Below are positions 59,601 to 64,000 of a stretch of 64,000 nucleotides of DNA, piece by piece. The stretch lies in contig OZ076409.1 of assembly GCA_964187785.1 (NCBI GenBank), forward strand, positions 58,406,001 to 58,470,000. The letters run 5' to 3'. This DNA comes from Amphiscolops sp. MND2022. Its lineage: Eukaryota. The notes beneath the pieces are model-generated. The model was given only the letters and a program-made list of their open reading frames with translations, was not told where the DNA came from and did no database searches. Each line of letters opens with the position of its first letter. The stretch's first letter is position 1. Both the position numbers and the translations under genes were made by a program.

Positions 59601-61811
59601 CCAGGGAAAAACAACACCGCCGCAGATTATCTGTCTCGTCTTGAAATCTGTCCCAAAGAAAAACTTGTACTCCGCATACGAGATGACATTCCAACTACAC
59701 CCATTGAACTTAATGTCCAATCAGCGGGAGTGGCTGAAGAGGACCAGATATTCTATACAGACGATGATGAAGAAACTGAGGAACAATTATGGCAACGAAA
59801 AAAGGAAACCAGGTCAAATCCTACAAATCAACTACCTGATATTACTTTGGATAAACTCAGTCTACATAAAAGTACCCAAATCCAGACTCCAACTTTGCAA
59901 AAACTAGCGAAACCAATCACCATGGCTATTGAACAAAACAATGACATCACATTGCAACAACTACGCCTCAAATTGCAAAAAGAAGAATACTCTGAAACCA
60001 TCTTACAGCAAGATCCACGTTACCGACATTACTGCCGTCAACTTGACCGTCTGTCCGTTCATGCAGATATTATCTACAGAGACTATTACGATGAAACCGG
60101 CAGTGTACAATTTTGTCAGGTGTTACTACCAAAACATCTTGTCACTGAATTACTCCAATCCTTACATGGCACTGCGAATAAACATCCGGGAATTTCCAAA
60201 ATGCTTCATGAGATACGTCAAAAATACTATTATCCGGCCGTTGCAAAAATTGTCAAAAAATGGGTCCAAGGGTGCGAAATCTGCAACAAAGACAAACGGA
60301 TCGCTAACGCATCAATAACACCCGAATTACTAAATTTGCCCGAATGGGACCTAGGTCCGGAAGATGCCTTACAAATTGACCTTTTACCGAATTTGCCACC
60401 AAGTGCAGGATATGAAAATATCATAACGGCTTTAGACGTCTTCTCCCGTTACCTCTTTGCGTATCCTGTAACGGACGCGTCGGCCATCAGTACAGCAAAG
60501 GTTCTTATTGACATCATGACCCGACACACGTACCTGCCGACCACACTTATCACAGATAAAGGAACAGCCTTTACATCCAGGCTGATAGATGAAATTACAA
60601 AATTCTGAGGTATCCGCCTTCAATGTGCGACGACAAAGCATCCTCAGACGATAGGCAAACTAGAACGTACTCATGCCAGCCTTAAGGGCAACCTTAAAAT
60701 GGCATCAGGCGAATACAGACGCCAAGGGCACAAATACCTCCCATTGGCCGTCCTAAATTATAATACGACCTATCATTCAAGCTTTGGATGCGAACCATAA
60801 CGAATCTTTCATGGAAGAGTACCCTATAACCTATTAGACCATCGGTTAGAATTAAATCCTAACCCGAAGCTTAATCCAACGACGGATTTCGCCGAAGAAT
60901 TTCAAAGACGTACACAAATATTAATTGACAAAACAAAGAAAAACATCATGCAATCATACTTAAAGTACAAAGAATACTATGACAGAAAAGCTAAAGCAGC
61001 TCCCCTACTACAAGGAGATTTCTGTTTCATCTTACAACCTCTAGCTGACCATCAGGGCTCTAAAATCCCATTTCGCGAATTTCGATGGATTGGCCCATAT
61101 GTCATTGAGAAAGTCCTACCTAACAACAATTATATCGTCCGCAAACTTAATTCTAACAAAACGCAGATTTTACACCGGATTCGCCTTAGAAAATATACTC
61201 CCAACACTCCTTTACAAGATATTGGTCCTGAAGGAAATTTACAAGCGGATGATGAAATTATTATTCCACAAGACGATCTGTACATTATATCTTGTTAGAC
61301 TAATTTCGATGATTTTCCCCCTAGTTCCGAACCACACACTATTCCTGACGATTATCCTACCCATCCTGATGAACAAGACGCTATAATTACAGATTTGGAC
61401 CTTCGGCCCACGCGGCGGCACGAAAATACTGACGCCGCGCATACTGATGCCGCCGGTGATGACTCACCCTCACGCGAAGAAGCTGACGCGGACCTTCGGT
61501 CCGCGCGACGGCAAACCAATACTGAAGCTGATAATTCTGAGCAATGCTCGCGTGACCTAACTAATGACGACCGTCAGTCCACGCGACGGCAACCAAGTAC
61601 TGAATTTGAAAATGATGAATTGATCAATCAGGACTTTTATAACGGTGAAAACTCAGAGTTTTCCACTTCCGGGGGGAGCGATACAACCGTGCCCGATGCA
61701 TTAAATGAAGAAACTGATGATTGTGTTGTAGAAAACAAAAGTCCTAGGGGAGGGAAATATAACCTACGCCCCAATCCTACCCCCAACTTCACTGATGAAT
61801 ACAGATACTAG
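56630..61811 (+). pseudogene. pol: pol (PR, RT, RNase H, integrase) with several stops and frameshifts
   Basis: PR VDTE (mutated DTG), RT YVDD, RH TDAS, IN HGTANKH..CEIC, GPYVI. Interruptions near 57184, 57452, 58157, 60608, 60800 and 61298. Confidence 0.92.
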
Positions 61812-62028
61812 TCAGAATATGTAAATTTTCTGGCCCGTAACACTGTTCTCTTTTTTATCCACTAGTATTGGCTCCCAGATCATTTTTCTTGGGCCCTGAA
61901 TGACTGTTAATACAAACACGAGTGCCAAGGAGACACAAATATACAAACAGACATGAAAATAATACAAGAAACGAACAGTTTAACAGATACATGAATACAA
62001 CTAAAAACCAAATGTACATATAGTACAA

Positions 62029-63186
62029 TTAAGTGTCCTTAAAAGATGAACTAGAAGGCAATTCGCTATCCGATGGCCGTTTGACAGGAGAGTTCTTTGT
62101 ACTGGAGGAAGGAAGGCTTTTCGAATTTTTGGTGCATCTCAGTCCCTTGAATCGCAACCTTCTAGTGTCTCTTTTCTTCCCCATCGATACAGGCTGTAAA
62201 GCAGTCTGAATTTCTGCCCAGTTGAATAAATCCAAGCCGTCCCAGGGACAGTAGGTATCAATGAAAGCCGTGCCACCGAACGTAGGCTCAAAAGCGAGGA
62301 AACCCTTGACTGATGAGGGAGTGGTAAGGGCTTCGATGCTGCGCCCAACATTTGTGAAGTAAGACTGGACGGGCAAAATTGAATCAACTAGCTGGCTTTT
62401 GGGGTCATCGGTACGCACAGATCCAAATTTCACTGTAGGCATGGATGTATAATCCTGGTCCAAGCAGAGGCAACTGAGTCTAAATATCCGTGCCAAATGG
62501 GGTCGCGATAATAGAGTAACATGGCCTGAAATGAAGCTCACCGCGTCAGTGACAATGACCCTGGGTTGATCAAGGTCAGGAAACTCTTTACGGAGCTCAT
62601 CAAGGAACGACAGATATTCCTCGGTGCAGATTGACTCGTCGTCAGCTCGATAATATCCTCGCGAATGAAAACTGCGGAAGAGCTGTTTGAAGCAGTATAA
62701 GGCCTGACTCAGGGGAGAACGGAAAATTATATCTAGATCAAAGGAACCCATACCTTTCACTATGTCCGAAGTTAATTGCAAGTTGCTCTGTGCGGCTTGG
62801 AATAAATAGGCAACGTAACTGCGGCCCAACCGTCCAAATTCCTCTTTGCTGGCTTTTACTAACTTGGGCAAATTGGCTCTGCTGGCTTTCTTGTCGCTCA
62901 GTTCCTTCTCAGCTTTTATTTTGCAGGCAGTATTGAGACGCTGCTCCAGTTTAGATCTAGCAATGAAATCGGTCACGGGTAAAGCCTTGGCATCTGAAAC
63001 TGACACACTGAGGATTCCAGTCAAATCGGTTTCTAATGGCAAACTCTTGGACTTGATACAGCGCCTACCAAGTTTAAACAAGTACTGGCAAAGTTGGCGA
63101 TAAATATGAAACCCATGGTCTCGCCGTTCAACCAGGTGTGGAACGAAACTGGTAGTATCTAAACAAACAAAGTATAATGTAAACAT
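62029..63186 (-). CDS. Antisense 385-aa ORF, probably the last exon of a spliced gene; hAT-transposase-like helical region
   Basis: Long open frame; intron-like segments at 63159-63224 and 63516-63588; further ORF pieces extend to 63997. Confidence 0.55.
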   Translation of the reverse strand: MFTLYFVCLDTTSFVPHLVERRDHGFHIYRQLCQYLFKLGRRCIKSKSLPLETDLTGILSVSVSDAKALPVTDFIARSKLEQRLNTACKIKAEKELSDKKASRANLPKLVKASKEEFGRLGRSYVAYLFQAAQSNLQLTSDIVKGMGSFDLDIIFRSPLSQALYCFKQLFRSFHSRGYYRADDESICTEEYLSFLDELRKEFPDLDQPRVIVTDAVSFISGHVTLLSRPHLARIFRLSCLCLDQDYTSMPTVKFGSVRTDDPKSQLVDSILPVQSYFTNVGRSIEALTTPSSVKGFLAFEPTFGGTAFIDTYCPWDGLDLFNWAEIQTALQPVSMGKKRDTRRLRFKGLRCTKNSKSLPSSSTKNSPVKRPSDSELPSSSSFKDT

Positions 63187-64000
63187 AGAACCATTTCATG
63201 AACTGACTAGTCATCAAGTCTTACTAACAATCTCTGACTAGACGATAAAACAACTCTAGCCGACAAATAACATCTCGTCCTGTATCATGGCCCGCTCCAA
63301 GTTTTGGGGCTAAAACGACAATTAATACCGTCAAAATGGGAAAGGTCGGACTTAAGGTCATCTCGACGGCAGGAACTTACTTGCTTGCGAACACCCATCA
63401 TTTCATGCGGAGGAGCATGCGTGTTCAAGTACTCGAGTACTTTAGGCCAATTGGCAAGGAGTTCTTGACACAGAGCAGGGAGTGTAGCAAGTTCAAGTTG
63501 ACAAGTGCGCACAGCCTGGAAAATTGGATTTATTGAGCCACATGAAAATTTTACTCCTAGGAATATATCTCTAAAGAAGGAATATAACCTTGGCGAGGAC
63601 AGGGGTCATTAGCGTCCAGTCGCAGTCCAAGCATCCACCCAAGAAGACGATGAGATACTTCAACACTGAGTGAAAGTCTATGCGCCCGAAAACACTAGCT
63701 CTCCCTGTGCATCAGTCGGGCTAGCGAGAAGTCCTCGGACCTGAGAGGGCGCTGGAGTCCATATTTGGAGTACGGGGAATTATCGACCAACTGTATAGTC
63801 TCGAGAGTACTTCCGGAGCAGCATACAAGATTTGGACTTGTAGACAGTGCAGCCATGACATGACTAATCAGGCTCAATTCTGCAGAGGACTGGCTTAAAA
63901 TTCTTCCAGTTTTCTTGAGGTAAACTCGGCACAGTTCGCCATTCATCCAGAAACGTATGAAGACAAGAAGGAACACCCCCTGCTTCACAAACTCCAAGGA

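Larger units (their letters stand above)
53989..64000 (+). mobile_element. Ty3/Gypsy LTR retrotransposon with mutated gag/pol; the 3' LTR is not within the window
   Basis: 5' LTR TGTCG...CGACA, PBS, gag with two knuckles, -1 slippery site, and pol with YVDD, TDAS, HHCC and DDE. Confidence 0.9.

Overview
Eukaryotic (invertebrate-like, AT-rich, intron-containing) DNA dominated by transposable elements. Two host genes are visible, both on the + strand: the last coding exon of cytosolic glycerol-3-phosphate dehydrogenase (3184-3393) and a six-exon gene for a ~373-aa protein with two tandem RGS domains (18095-26264, with a GC-AG intron that holds a decayed LINE). The rest is mostly Ty3/Gypsy LTR retrotransposons. 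These are two internally deleted Mag-like copies (4708-8079, 12255-16645), three solo LTRs, a very young intact 15-kb element (36163-51210; 713-bp LTRs differing at 1 nt; one 3115-aa ORF) and a mutated element starting at 53989 that runs off the window. Main novelties: (1) the 3115-aa polyprotein has a ~770-aa tail after integrase with an AT-hook, a Cys cluster and two tandem TARG1/OARD1-like macrodomains, plus a duplicated (degenerate + active) protease; (2) it and a solo LTR with the same termini both show only 3-bp target duplications; (3) in the 53989 family the first ~215 codons of gag lie inside the LTR, shown by a TSD-flanked solo LTR carrying the homologous ORF; (4) that element is followed by an antisense ORF resembling a catalytically dead hAT transposase. 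All domain calls are by-eye motif recognition, not database searches.
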